Of a DNA stretch of 64,000 nucleotides, positions 37,901-50,257 are shown in pieces. The stretch comes from Lepidodermella squamata (taxonomy: Eukaryota; Animalia; Gastrotricha): assembly GCA_047495785.1 (NCBI GenBank), contig JBLDXI010000013.1, positions 4,402,001-4,466,000 on the forward strand, written 5' to 3'. The position numbers were made by a program, and so were the translations under genes. Numbering within the stretch: position 1 is the first letter of the stretch; each line of letters starts with the position of its first letter. The notes under the pieces were generated by a model that saw only the letters and a list, made by a program, of their open reading frames with translations, was not told where the DNA came from and ran no database searches.

Positions 37901-39446
37901 AAGAAGAAGAATCAGGAGCTTGAGAAGTTTAAATTCGTGTTGGATTACAAGATCAAGGAGTTGAAGAAGCAGATCGAGCCGCGTGAGGAAGAAATTCGGC
38001 GCATGAAAGAGCAAATTCAGGAGATGGAGACTGAGTTGGAGCGATTTCACAAGACGAATACGCAACTTGAGCTCGATATCAAAGAACTCAAGCTGAAGTT
38101 GAAATCCACAGAGGAAGAGGTGAGAAATGATCAATTTCGTCCTAATATATTTTACCCAAATTCTTCTTAAATCTACCAAGGCTTATTTGAAAATACCATG
38201 GAAATAAGTTATCCGAGAAAAACAAGAAAAATTCAGATTCCCGAGTTAAATTTGCCCCAAATTCGATTTTTGAAAATTCCAGAAAATATTAGGAAATCAT
38301 GTGAAAATTTAACTTTTTAGTTTACTCATTCCCGTATTCGGTGGTAAGGAATTTTGGAAGAATTTAAGAAATTGAAAATTGAGAGCTGGGAATTCTAATG
38401 GGTAATTGATGATTCACCAAGTTAAATTAGGAATATTATGCTAAAAAATGTCCTCGAATATTTTCCGCAATCCTAGGAATTTGCGATCAATTTTGTAATT
38501 TCACATAAATTACAACATTTTCGAAATCGAAATTTTTAGCCTGTTTGAATTTCGAACAACTTATCGAATATTGTCAAAATTTCGAAATTGTTGAAAATTC
38601 TTTCTCGTTTAGTAATTTTCCAAAACCACTTCCTAGATTTCAGCTAATCGCGGTGGGAAAACATTTCCGAAGTTGTCCAATTCACCGATTTATTTTAATC
38701 ATTTTCGCAAATATTCAAAAATAATCAAAAATAACAACTAATATAACAGAAATTCTCGATTTTAAGTTTTTATAATTTAATTTCCCTTTATCCAGGTGAA
38801 ACGAGAACGGCAGCAAAAACAAGATTGGCATACGGTTAACAAGCGATTCCAGACCGATTTACATAACACAGCGAATTTGATCCAAGAACCGGCTCTCCTC
38901 AAAGAATCGGTACGCCAACTCTACTCGAAGTACTGCACGGAAGCAGCGGCTGAAAACGCGACAGTCGACGCCGATATTCAAAACGAATGGGCGAGGCAGC
39001 GGGAGCATCTCGAAAAAACAATCGGATCGCTGCGGAAAAAACTCAAAAAAGACTCAGACCGGCATCGAACCGAATATTACCGAATTATGCAGGAGAATAT
39101 GACGCTGATTCAAGAAATCAACGACTTGAGGACTGAGTTGAAAATGTCGCGAACTAGGGTGAACAATTTGGAGGCAGCGATGGGGCTGAAGCGGAAAACT
39201 GGCCCGGATATTGCTGCGCTGGCTCAGGCGTTGCAAGCGACGAATAAAACCGCCGTTATGGAGTTGGAACTCAACGAGAAGGCGAAAGTTGTCGACATGC
39301 TGACGGACCAACTGCGCCGGTCACGCATCGGTGAGTTGGCGCAGATTCGTGCCGGCTCTGCGCAGGGTTCAGCCCGCTTGCCGCCGCTTGGCATCGGCGC
39401 CAACGGGCCGGAGAGTTCGTTTGAAATCGAACACATGGGCGAGTAA
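25970..39446 (+). CDS. CFAP57: Cilia- and flagella-associated protein 57 (WDR65): WD40 repeats + long coiled coil
   Basis: Exons 25970-26443, 26765-27030, 27365-28508, 36950-38119 and 38796-39446. Motifs [73 protein letters not shown] and [17 protein letters not shown]. Confidence 0.95.
29421..30868. mobile_element. Non-autonomous TIR element (MULE-like) with internally repetitive inverted ends
   Basis: Left end gggaagtgcg...cacccaagacaccttggcctaacgtaac and right end gttacgttgagccaaggtatcgtggg...acaccc, with direct repeat ttgaaaa(g) on both flanks. Confidence 0.65.
32017..34874. mobile_element. Tc1/mariner (pogo/Tigger-like) non-autonomous element, probably with internal insertions
   Basis: TA|CAGTGCAGAATCGTTATAA ... 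TTATAACGATTCTGCACTG|TA, with subterminal taacgaac repeats. Confidence 0.8.
35359..35440 (+). pseudogene. tRNA-derived fragment / SINE-head-like sequence
   Basis: Perfect T-arm GAGGG-TTCGAAT-CCCTC (B box), degenerate A box atatctcagtgag and a downstream T run. There is no canonical acceptor stem or anticodon arm. Confidence 0.4.
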
Positions 39447-40216
39447 CGCGAAATGTTGTTTTATTTTTATGATTTTTTCCTCGAATTTATTTGTTCGTAG
39501 AGTGATGAAGATTTAATTTCAAATTATGAGCTTGTGATATTTATTGATGTTTATAAATACCATTATTATATAATGATACGCGCCCTTCATTTGCTGTAAT
39601 AAATGAGGAGAATGATCTCGGAAAAACTTGACAATTTTTTAACCATGGAGATGTCTCAAAATCTGAAGAGATTTTCGTATTTTGTGCTCTTTCATTTTTT
39701 GTTCGAAATTAAAGCCAAAATGTTTCAAAGAAACCTAAATTTGCTGTACAACAACTGGATTTGTGTTATTATCGCACTGGAAATATTCATTTTCATGACC
39801 TTTTCTTTTGAATCGATCTTCGATGCAGGTTCATTTCAGCAATCGAACACAAACAGATCATCGCGAAATACTCATTTTCCTGTCGTCCTATGAAAATTAG
39901 GGGTGCTACTGTTTTTTGAAGCAGTTGGAAGCAGTTGAAGCAGTTGGACTATAAAGACATTGAAGAGATTTCCAAGGCTTACGATTCTACGCCTCGAAAC
40001 TTCCATGGGTTTTTTACCGTATGATACAGCCTGGAAGAAGATCAATCTAAGGAGACGCATTATTTCTAATATGATTAGGTTTCCGTAGAACTTCTACCGA
40101 AAAATATATAATTTTCAAAATAGCTTCACCCATGGTTAAAAAATACTGAAGATATGACACTCACGCTCATGCCCTGTTATGTGAAAAATGAAATCAGGCG
40201 ACCTTTGGACCCTATA

Positions 40217-40593
40217 CAGCGTGTCCCATAAGTAACGCAAGCAAAGAAAATACACGGAAAAGGGTTCAGAAACTCTAAAATGAGAGAAGTCACATCTCGT
40301 GGCCAGAAAAAGTTCAGAAAATTTCAAAAAATCACGAGAATAGTAATCAAGCATGTCACTTGTTAATTGAAATTAAAAATTCCGGAGAAATTCGGTCACA
40401 CCGGGTAAAATACCGAAAATAACCGAACCAGTTACCATCGGAGTTTTCTTCGGTGAATTTGCCATTTCTTTGGTTAAATCGCGGATAAAAGATGGAATTT
40501 TCTCTGGGTGAGTTTAATTTTTTCAAATGAGTTGTAATTCCCACAAAAAGTTTCCGAATGAAAATATAGTTGCGCTACTTCTGGGACACGCTG
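40217..40593. mobile_element. Tc1/mariner-type MITE (~377 bp)
   Basis: TA|CAGCGTGTCCCA ... TGGGACACGCTG|TA, with a full-length inverted homologue at 61544-61910. Confidence 0.9.
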
Positions 40594-40905
40594 TAGGCTA
40601 TCCAACGATACCCTACTCATGGGATCTTTACCTTACCGTATTCGATTTTCGGTAAGCCCAATTTAAACTTGAATAACCAATTGTTTGTTTCAGCCTGGAT
40701 CGCCAAATTGAACTTCAGTTCCCATTCCGAATAATATCTTGCATTTTCCCTTAACAATTCTGCTCCGAGTTATACCTGGACAACGAAAAGCGCAAAAGAG
40801 ATATCAATCTTTCGCAGCCAAAATTTGAATTTATTTTCAACTTTAAATTTGTTCACATAAAATATGACTAAACGCCATGACTAAAATTAATGTTTTGGCA
40901 ATGTT

Positions 40906-43900
40906 TTAGCTCCACGCCTCGACAACAAATCGACCGGATTTCTCCATTTTTTCAATATACGCATCCGCTTGTTCGCAATTCTCGAGCAAATTTTCGCCGA
41001 CCAGCGCGTCTCGAATCGCTGATTTGACATTTTTCGGCATTTGCAACGCATTTCCAGCTATGCAAACGTGCGCGTGACGCCGCAGGATCCAGTCAGCGAT
41101 ATCGCCACGATTCGCCTCAATTCGATGCTGCACATAGACCTAAAAATTGAAATTCAAAAATTAAAAATAATTTTGCCAATTTTAGCTGAATGTATTTTTC
41201 CAACTTTCCAATTATTCTTTCCACATTTTAGAATTAGTAATTTTGAATTTGAATTTGAATCTGACGTCCGAGGCGGAAGGTTGTGAAATAAAATCTTGAT
41301 ATGCCAAAAAAGTTACCCGGCTTTACAATATTCTACAGAAATGAAAGGGCATTTGGCCTTAATCTCTGATTGCAATAACAGGGTCTCGGCAAAATTCTCA
41401 GCGTTCTGGAAACGCCGAACAAAACCTATTCAGATGACTTTCTTGGAATTGCGCCTATTTGCAAACATTTTTATGGAGAGCGCCGCTCTTTTTCAAAATG
41501 TAAAGACCTGAGGAATGCACTTGACGCTCATGAAACATGGCAACGTTATTAAATTCCGATTTATGTTTTGTGACTTGTGACAAAAGCGACAGCAGAAGCA
41601 ATGAAAGCCGCACACAGCGAACCGAAGGTACATACCGCCCTCGGTAATTTGATGAACAACTTGGCCAGAAAATACAAAAATGACGAAGCTTCGGAATAAT
41701 TATGGCATTGTTGAACAATCAATTGTCATTTAGATGTAACAGATTTTTCCAATTTCCTGTGAGCATAATCATACTAATCGATTCGATATTGAATTTCATA
41801 AAAATCGGGAATAAAATAAATGATAAAAAATGTAAAAATCGAATATTCTAGCCTTTTCGAGTCAAAATGTGTCAATCAAGAACGGATTTTTCTAGTTTTA
41901 TGTTTTCTGTAAAAATTGATCGTTACACACTTCTGATTCAATATGACTCAACATTCAGGACTAAGCGCATCTCCCGTGACTTTACAGCGACGCCTCTGGT
42001 TCCCGATTCGCGCGTCAAGGTCCTCACTATAGGCCGCCTAATGCCTCCTGAAGCCGCCATCTGATTTCCGCATTCCGCAACGATTAGATCTAGAACCTCG
42101 AGAGTAACTGATACTAAATTACTGGACGCTCTCATTCAGGGCTTTTTTTACTTGAAATCTCCCGTATTAAAATCGCGTTAATTCTCAGAAAGCTTTCAAC
42201 GTCCCAATGTTCTGTGATTTCTGCGGCAAATGCTGGGAATTTATCAAACTTCTCCGTCCTGTGGGCGTTTCATGCCATAGCAATTCTCAAAATATTCCAC
42301 GACACGCAACGTTGATTAGCTGAAGCAAGAGCATGCAACAAAGCAACACCAGAAACTATCAGTCAGCTGACAACTCAAAAATGGATAAAAGAAACAGAGG
42401 TTCGCGACTTGTATACATAACATACCGCGTGGTTCCTTATTTCCACACTTTACAGCATTTCTGTGAGCGAAAATCCGGAGTCCCTCAAGGCCAAAAAGTG
42501 ACGTTTTTGGTGTGGAAAAACTCGTTTCGAAGTATACGAATGCTTCGAAACGAGTTTGGCCGATGGCGGCGCACGCAAAGCTCCTGAATGCCAGTTGGAC
42601 CCTGCTAAAGTCGCCGCTATCTGGCGTTAGTTGCCCGCTATGATTTTATGATAATATGTTGATATTGTTCTTGCTACAGAACATGTAGTGCGGCCTGGCA
42701 CGCCAGGAAACCCTTCTCGCCAATTCACTAGTTATAAGCGACCGTTTTACGACTGCTACCTCGCTCAATAAACAGCTAATTCATAAATACGTCTTTTGTA
42801 TCACTACTACAAACACGTGGCCAAGGTGTTTGGGCTAACAGAATCCGACAAGCAGGCGCACCAGGCCATGCGCGCTTCAGTCTTAAATTGTTATCTGTGT
42901 TACTTTGAGTGAGCTCATCTCATATCTCATCATATTTCTTGAAATTTTTAACGTCTCCGGGGCCATCGTCTGATTGTATGCTCAAATTTCTCATAACCTG
43001 AATATTACCTGACTTAGATACACATTAATAAAAGAACAAGCAATGTAGTCGAACGACTTTTTGTCCAACTATTTGTTACGCACAGTGTATATTTCTACAG
43101 GCTTGTTTCAGGCCTAAATAGGCCGTTTGACAGGCTTGCAAAAGGCATGTAAAGAAAACCCGGCATAGGCCTAATTCATGCCTGGAATCTCCCGCCTGGG
43201 TGCCTTTTCAGCAAGGTTAGGGCCAAAGACTTTTGCAATTAACATCGTTTAAGCGCCGGTTGAAACAAATAAAAATGGGTGTTTTACACGAATCATCGCC
43301 TTCATAATGCCATGGGACGCAGTTATCTAATTGAACCGGTCGCTAGCCGGTGCTCAATTGGTTGAACATGCCAAGCGGACGGACATCAACAAAGATAAAG
43401 GTTGTGATTGCCCATAAAATAGGTGACGACACCCTCAGAAAACGAACCGTTGATAAGTTGAAGATATTTTTAGTTATAAAATATCAAATTGCACATTTTT
43501 GTGGAAAATATGATGTATCATTTTCCGATCAGTTCATTTTACTCACCTTATCAGGAGTGTCTCGCGAAAAAGCGACATCGAGTCGAATCGATTTATCAGC
43601 CTGGTACTGTTTGAGATCGTCGCCAAACAGAAAATCATGCTTCTCAAATCGACACCCGAAAAACAGCCACAAATTCTCATTATCCGCCCTCAATATATCA
43701 CTGCCGTAAACCGCGGCCAATTTCCGCCGATATTGAATGTAGGCCCGAAATGGGGCCAAACCAGTGCCGGGTCCAATCATTATCACAGGCGGGAAGGGTT
43801 CGGTGGACGGGGCTGGTCTCATCATCGGGAATCGCATCGTACTAGGCCGGATCCAAATTGGAACCGAAAAATCTTCCGCATCAGGTTTCGACTCAATTAA

Positions 43901-45151
43901 CCAGGTTGTGCATAGCCCTCTTCGTTGTTTCCGAATTTTCGTCTGAAATTTAACGATTGCTATCAATAACTCAATTTCTGCCCCGACTTGAACCTGGGAA
44001 GACGCGATCGAGAAAGCCCTAGCCCGAATAGGCGGTATCAACTCCAAAAACCAGGAGAATAACTCTTCCGTAGGTAATTCCCGCAAATTTTGCGTGGTTT
44101 GACGAAAATCTCTAAAAACTTCGACAATATTCCGTTTCGGCCTAATTACGTAATCCAACAAATCGTCGTAATTACTCGCCAATTCTTGCATTCTCTCCTT
44201 CTCCATTGAATCTCGAGCGAAACGGCTGAGCAAGTCGAAAAATGACCGCCCGGGAACGAATGATAAATTAAAATACCGCTTGACCAAATCTGAAATCGGT
44301 AAAATTACCGAATTTCGGGTTTTTTCGGTAATTTTCAATTTTTCGCTTAAATTAAGCTGGAATATTTCGGTAAATTCCTCGACTGAATCAGAAATATTCC
44401 CCGGTTGAATGAAACACGCATCTCCTGGGTAATACACGATATCTTTAGTTTTAAGGCGGACCAATCTCACATCTTGAAAGTGATCCGCAGAAGTGACTCG
44501 ATCACACGACGCCAGACTAGCCCGGGAAAAATCGCAAGGAAATTGAAGTAAAGTTTCCAATTGATTTTCTAATTTTTCGCCACTGTTTTCAGATTTTTCG
44601 ATATTAAATCGAAGTTTTGGTAACGAATCTTTTGAAATCGGTTGGATGCCCAATTTCTCGAATAACGAGGCCGTCCAAGGGTCGATGGCGGTATATAACC
44701 CGAATTTATCCTGTTCATCACTTAAACCGACTGGTATTAACGGTTTCGAATTCAGCACCATTTCAAAACGCCGATCGAGTTTTTTCGCCACGAAATTGAA
44801 TCGTTCATACGAGGAATCACCCAGGCCTAAAACTGCGAAATCCAGCTTCGAATACGGCCCGAAAAGCTTTTCGGGGTCGAAATTCTTCGACATGACAAAC
44901 CGCCAAAGAAATCGCATGTTATCAGGCGGGTCGCCATTTCCGGTTGTTGAGCACACAAAAATTACGATGCTATTTTTGGGCTTCGAGCTAGGTTCATGCC
45001 TCAAAAATTCGTCGCAGGAATAAAGTTGAACTCGGCTAGAATCGAACTGATCCAGTTGCCGGTGCAAATGCCGTGCAACGTCTTCAGCTGTTCCAGTTTG
45101 ACTGCCATACAACACCAAAATTTCGTCATAATTTACATTACTCGGCAACAT
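40906..45151 (-). CDS. NDOR1: NADPH-dependent diflavin oxidoreductase 1 (Tah18 orthologue)
   Basis: Exons 45151-43547 and 41139-40906. Motifs LYGSQTGTAED, STTGNGDPPDNM, GLGDSSY..FNFVAKKL, RAFSIASS, MIGPGTGLAPFR, KVYVQH, IAGNA..MP and C-terminal EAWS. No N-terminal membrane anchor. Confidence 0.93.
42684..42811 (+). mobile_element. Very short solo LTR (128 bp) in the NDOR1 intron
   Basis: TGTAGT...ACTACA termini, 4-bp target duplication AACA (42680-42683, 42812-42815), and an internal TTATAA followed by AATAAA. Confidence 0.65.
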
Positions 45152-45378
45152 TTTTCACCTAAAAAATTCAAGATTTTTACTCAAAGCCAAAAATCATAAC
45201 TTTTATTACAGGTTATAAAGGCAAAAATTGCAACTAATTAAATCGGAATGTAAAAATTAGCACAGTAAAATGTTGAAGCGCGTGAATTATAATAGGAAAG
45301 AACTGCGATCGTTTAATTTCGGATTGAATGTCACTGGAATAATTCTGTTCAGTCAAATTGCAGTTAATATTAATATAT

Positions 45379-47123
45379 TTAATGACGAGGAGCGTCGCCT
45401 TCCCAGTTCGCACTGGCCATAAAATTTTCAATTTCAGCAACAGTTCGCGGGACGTCCGTCAGCAGCTGCATGCCATTTTCTCGGACAACAACGTCGTCTT
45501 CGATGCGGACCCCTCCAAAACCGCGGAATTCATTCAGTCGTTCCTTGACAATCCATCGCGAAAATTTCGGGTCGGCCAACGCCTTGTCCAAAACTGGGTC
45601 AATAAAGTAACAACCCGGCTCGATTGTCAGAACCATATTCGGCTCGAGAACTCGCAGGGTGCGTAGGCTCTTCACGCCAGGGTCTTGCAAACGATTGCTG
45701 CCTTCAGGGTAGCCATTAACATCGTGGACGTCAAGCCCCATGAAGTGGCCCAAGCCGTGGGGCATGAAAACAGCTCCAAGGCGTGATTTGACCATCTCAT
45801 TCAGCTCGTCCTCATCAACAGCTGCGTGGTCGTGGCAGCTTTTCAAAATGCCACCCTTAGCCAGGGCAGATAGCACGTGTTTTTCAGCTAGATGGTGCAT
45901 GTCTAGCCAAGAGACGCCAGGTTTCGCGGCGGCTAGGACGGTTCGATTAGCGTCGAGCACGCCTTCGTAGACCAGGCGTTGTTTATCGGTGAATTTCCCG
46001 CTGACTGGGAATGTGCAAGTGATATCGGAGGCGTAGCAGAAATACTCGCCGCCCATATCGAACAAAGCAAGATCACCGGCTTGAATTTTGCGAGAGTTTG
46101 GCTCACCTGAAAAATTTAAATTAATTATTTTTCAAATTTTGAAATATGTTTGAAATTAATTCATTAATTAATTTAATTTTAATTTGATTAAACAAAAGTG
46201 ACGATTTTCACAATGTTTCCCAAGTTATCCCAAGTTATCTTCCTGTCTCCATTTCTGCCCTAAACTATAAAAAAATTCAAATTAATCACCAGCGTGGCCG
46301 TAATGGAGCACGGCAGCACAGCAGCCAGTTGCGCCGATGCAAGTGTAGGCACAATGGCGCATGCCTCCATTTGAATAGCAGTAGTGCTGGAACAAACTCT
46401 CAGCCTGGTACTCGTGCCATCCAGGTCGAACTTTGCGCATTAGCTCCTTATGAGCCTCCGAGCTGATTTTATTCGCATAATCAATTATTTTAATCTCATC
46501 TTCCGACTTGTGAACTCTGCACTCGGCGATTTCAGGGTGCAAAATCGTACGATTCACCTCGAACTGCTCGATTCCAGGGAAGTTAGCCGGGGCAGTGTGT
46601 GAGCCGCTGTCTGAATTTTTGCCATGCAGAACTAACAGCTTTTTAGCGCCCTTTTCATGCAGAACTTTCGCGATTTGGTCGGTATCAGACTCGTAGAAAT
46701 AGACTTCATCGACCCCGTAACGAGTCTTGAAATGCGTAGCGTCGTGAATTTTACCGAGCCAGATCTCGTAAGCCTCGGGTAGAAAAGGCGCGAATAAAAT
46801 TGACTTCCCACTCGCAACATCGATAGCGCCGTAAAAGTCAGCATCAATCACTCCGAAAGTCCAGAAAAAATACGATTCCTTGAGAGAGAAGAAATTCCTT
46901 TATTTGAATTTTTATTGCAATTTTTGCTATTATTTACTTGGCGAAAAACGACATCAGTATCACTGCAATATCGGCTTTGCTGTTTGCCACCCTGAAGGAC
47001 GACGAAAGAGCCATCAGGAACGTCCTGTCGCTTGCGAAGACAGCCCAAAAGCTTGCGCCGATTTTGGGCGTGCATTTCAAGCGGAATTCTCAGCGAATTT
47101 TCACCAAGCGAATAAAAAGCCAT
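45379..47123 (-). CDS. PEPD: Xaa-Pro dipeptidase (prolidase)
   Basis: Exons 47123-46938, 46878-46290 and 46106-45379. Motifs [57 protein letters not shown] and GGVRIEDD. Confidence 0.97.
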
Positions 47124-47897
47124 GATTCAATACCAAGTTTAGGAATAAATTAGTAAGCCACACCTAAAAATATGGAGATGGGAAAATTAAAAGCTTTTGT
47201 AAATATTGCACCAAGAGATAAGCCGTTTGACCCTTTTGTTATCGCCAGATAAATTTCGAATGCGACACCGAGCAAGTTGATAACATAGATTTTCATGATC
47301 GTTGTTTCCCAAAATTTAATTACACTGGCCGCGTTAGTATTGGAAAAAGCAAAAATTTCAGCAAAATTTGCACTTTCTTTATTATAATATCATATATGAA
47401 AAAATTAAGCAACAACGGGAAAGAAGAAAAAGCTATCACCATCTTTTTTGTATTTCCAGCCGCGGCGACATTAATATTTTACATAATTATACATCATCAC
47501 CATTATCGTCAACAAATTACTGATAGATCAGGTAAGGGAATGCAAGTTTCCTCGTTAGATGCTTTCTGTGCAATTATATGAGCTAAATTTGTCAGTAAAA
47601 TAAAACAATTGAAACAACTAAAATGCTACAAAATTTAAAGACAGTGCACGCTTTTTGGTATTTTTTGTTGTCTTGAAACACAAATTCTGCGGTGCAGAAA
47701 CAGGAAGATTGCTTGTTAGGAGGGTGAGCACTTTGAAAGGCGTTTCTCAACACACGCACTTGAAAAAATAGACACGAGCAAACAAAGCACGGACGACCAA
47801 CCGGTTTTGAAGCAGCTGCTATCATAGCTTCAGTCAACAACGGGGATGTATATATACAGTTCATAAATTATTATTTCAACAACTACACCGGTCAAGT

Positions 47898-49700
47898 TCA
47901 AACCTGTTTCATGCGGTGTTGGGGTAGGAAACGCGGTAGTAGGTCGTCTTTCTCGAGTCCGAAGCACCTAGTTAAGAACCGGCCGGCGCTACAAACCACG
48001 CGGCTGCTGATCAGAAGACCGAAAAATAGCAACGCCAGACAAATTAAGGCGATTGCCGTGAAAGAAATCGGAGCTGAAGACCTCGCGCTGCCGCTAGTTA
48101 CCGGCATATCCATTGGAATTATCATATCAGACGCGTAGTGACGAATAAGGAATGCTGAAACCGCCTCTTCGTCCCATTTTGACGCGCCATTTTCGAATTT
48201 GTAACATTCTGCACACATTATTTTACTCGGAAATTGAATTTTCGGAAATTTCGGGTCTTCCGAGATCGCGCCGACTAACCGCTCGTTCGCTTTGTTATGC
48301 GCACGCCAAATCAACATATGGCTCTCGCTATTGGGTGTTCGTGAAAAATCGCGAGTTGCGTTCAAAAAATGTTCAGCGCATTCTCGGCAACCGAAAAAGT
48401 GTTGAATGTACCCCCGAATTGCGGGAATTACAGTTACGTCACGATTTGCGCCAGTTTGCACTGCAGCTTTTGCTGTCATCACGTGAAATAACGTCCATAA
48501 CGAGCAGGGATAGCCGCGATATTGCGGTTTCGAGCCTTTGCAGTGCTTCCAAGGTTTGTTATTCGGCATACCGCTTTTCTTGACAAATTGCAGCCAATCG
48601 TGGGCGGATAGTTCAGCCGGTGTTTCTTTATCTTTGAGGACATCTCTTAGAAATTTCAGCGAATCGATAATATTGTTAGTAGGGAATGATGCGTATTTGA
48701 TTAAAACCTCCAAAAATTCGCGTAATTCGGCTATTTTAGTAGCTGAGATCATGGCGTTTAACGCGACTTCGTTCATCATAATATAACTAACAGCGCCGTA
48801 GAGATCGTCTTCAGGCAACCACGCCGAATCACTTATGACGTAAGCAGCCGATTTCGTAGTAGGTGGGGAGGTCAATTCGAGAACTAACGAGAAGAAAAAC
48901 TTGTAGATTGAATCACGGCCTGTCCGGATAATTTTAACGCCTCGCTTCTTTGAAGCGTCCAGCTCGATCAAAACTGGCAACTCCAACTTCGCAGGTAACG
49001 AGGTAATATGTAAAAAGGTCGACAGTTGCTCGCGAGCTTCTTCGTCTTTGAGAAACACGTATTTCACATTCAATTTGTCTGCTTCATTCAATGAAGCTGT
49101 GTCTAAAACCATAGATGCACCTATTGAATTGTTATCTTCGGTTTCCGCTATTAATAACGATTGCTTTTTCGAAGATTCCCAAAGAGAATCGTCCAACTTT
49201 GAGGGTAATACGTATTTAGCGACTTCAGGTAATTCAGGTCCATAGGTGCTGTTGTTAGCCAGAGTAGTAACGGCTTGGGCAATGCCTCGCACAATTTCCT
49301 CCACCTTCATCGCAGCGAGAAATCCGAAATCGTGATGAGTGCTACGGCCTAGCACCGCCGGCCAGTACAGCCTAACCGTTGGATAACCAGTAACGTCATA
49401 TCGCCGGCACGCATCGACATTTTCAGGATCACCGCAGTCTAGAGCAGCGACTTTGACGATAGGAGACCACTTCTGAGCAGCTTCAACGACCTTCAACCAT
49501 TTTGGTACAAAGTTTTGGCAGGTGCCGCACCAATGCGCGTAGAATTGAGTCAGCCAAATGTTTTTCGCGTCGCTTTTCAATAGAACGTCGTCGATTGTGT
49601 TGGCACTGAGCAATTTGATTCCCGTTACATTTTCGTACAATATTGCGTTGCTGAAGTTGAATAGCAAAGCAAATAGTGCAAAGACGTAAAGCTTTTCCAT
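47898..49700 (-). CDS. QSOX: Quiescin sulfhydryl oxidase, intronless
   Basis: Signal peptide, thioredoxin WCGTC, CKGS...RGYPCSLWTLFH, Erv GCRECAEHF, HNKANERL, EDPKFPKIQFP and a C-terminal TM helix. Confidence 0.96.
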   Translation of the reverse strand: MEKLYVFALFALLFNFSNAILYENVTGIKLLSANTIDDVLLKSDAKNIWLTQFYAHWCGTCQNFVPKWLKVVEAAQKWSPIVKVAALDCGDPENVDACRRYDVTGYPTVRLYWPAVLGRSTHHDFGFLAAMKVEEIVRGIAQAVTTLANNSTYGPELPEVAKYVLPSKLDDSLWESSKKQSLLIAETEDNNSIGASMVLDTASLNEADKLNVKYVFLKDEEAREQLSTFLHITSLPAKLELPVLIELDASKKRGVKIIRTGRDSIYKFFFSLVLELTSPPTTKSAAYVISDSAWLPEDDLYGAVSYIMMNEVALNAMISATKIAELREFLEVLIKYASFPTNNIIDSLKFLRDVLKDKETPAELSAHDWLQFVKKSGMPNNKPWKHCKGSKPQYRGYPCSLWTLFHVMTAKAAVQTGANRDVTVIPAIRGYIQHFFGCRECAEHFLNATRDFSRTPNSESHMLIWRAHNKANERLVGAISEDPKFPKIQFPSKIMCAECYKFENGASKWDEEAVSAFLIRHYASDMIIPMDMPVTSGSARSSAPISFTAIALICLALLFFGLLISSRVVCSAGRFLTRCFGLEKDDLLPRFLPQHRMKQV

Positions 49701-49897
49701 CGGCGACTTCTAAGAAATTGACATAACTTTCTAAAACAAAAAGACAATTTAGGGTTCCATCTTTAATTTCACAAAGAAAAGGTGATTTTTTCGGCAGTAA
49801 CTATTACATTCAATAAGAGCTGAAGCCTCAATTGATCGGCTATAAACGGTTTCGGTCACTAGAGGATGCGATCGTTCAAATGGTTTAATCAGTCAGT

Positions 49898-50257
49898 TTA
49901 CTTGAACTTTTTCGTTCTGATATTCGAGGTATTGTCAATGCGGAAGTTCTCGGGTTTTTCAAGACGCTGGCTTTCAGCGACGGTTTTAACAATTACAAAT
50001 ACTTCGTCGCTTGATTTTCCGGTTAAATCGAAGCTCCGTTCCATTCCAGATTCGTAACGCGCCCATAACTTAGGCTGGACATTGAAAGCTTCGCGAACCA
50101 AGATTGGAACCTGGGGGTTCTGTTTCTTGACGTCACCATAATATTTCTCCACAAATTGGCGAGCACCCTGGCTTGCAACAGCTTTCTGACATAGGTGAAG
50201 ACGTAATTCTTTTAGCGATTTGACGCATTGAACAACTCGGCCAGCAGGGGTAGCCAT
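49898..50257 (-). CDS. NDUFA2: NADH dehydrogenase 1 alpha subcomplex subunit 2 (B8)
   Basis: LKELRLHLCQ...SQGARQFV...KKQNPQVPILVRE...PKLWARYESG. Confidence 0.93.
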   Translation of the reverse strand: MATPAGRVVQCVKSLKELRLHLCQKAVASQGARQFVEKYYGDVKKQNPQVPILVREAFNVQPKLWARYESGMERSFDLTGKSSDEVFVIVKTVAESQRLEKPENFRIDNTSNIRTKKFK

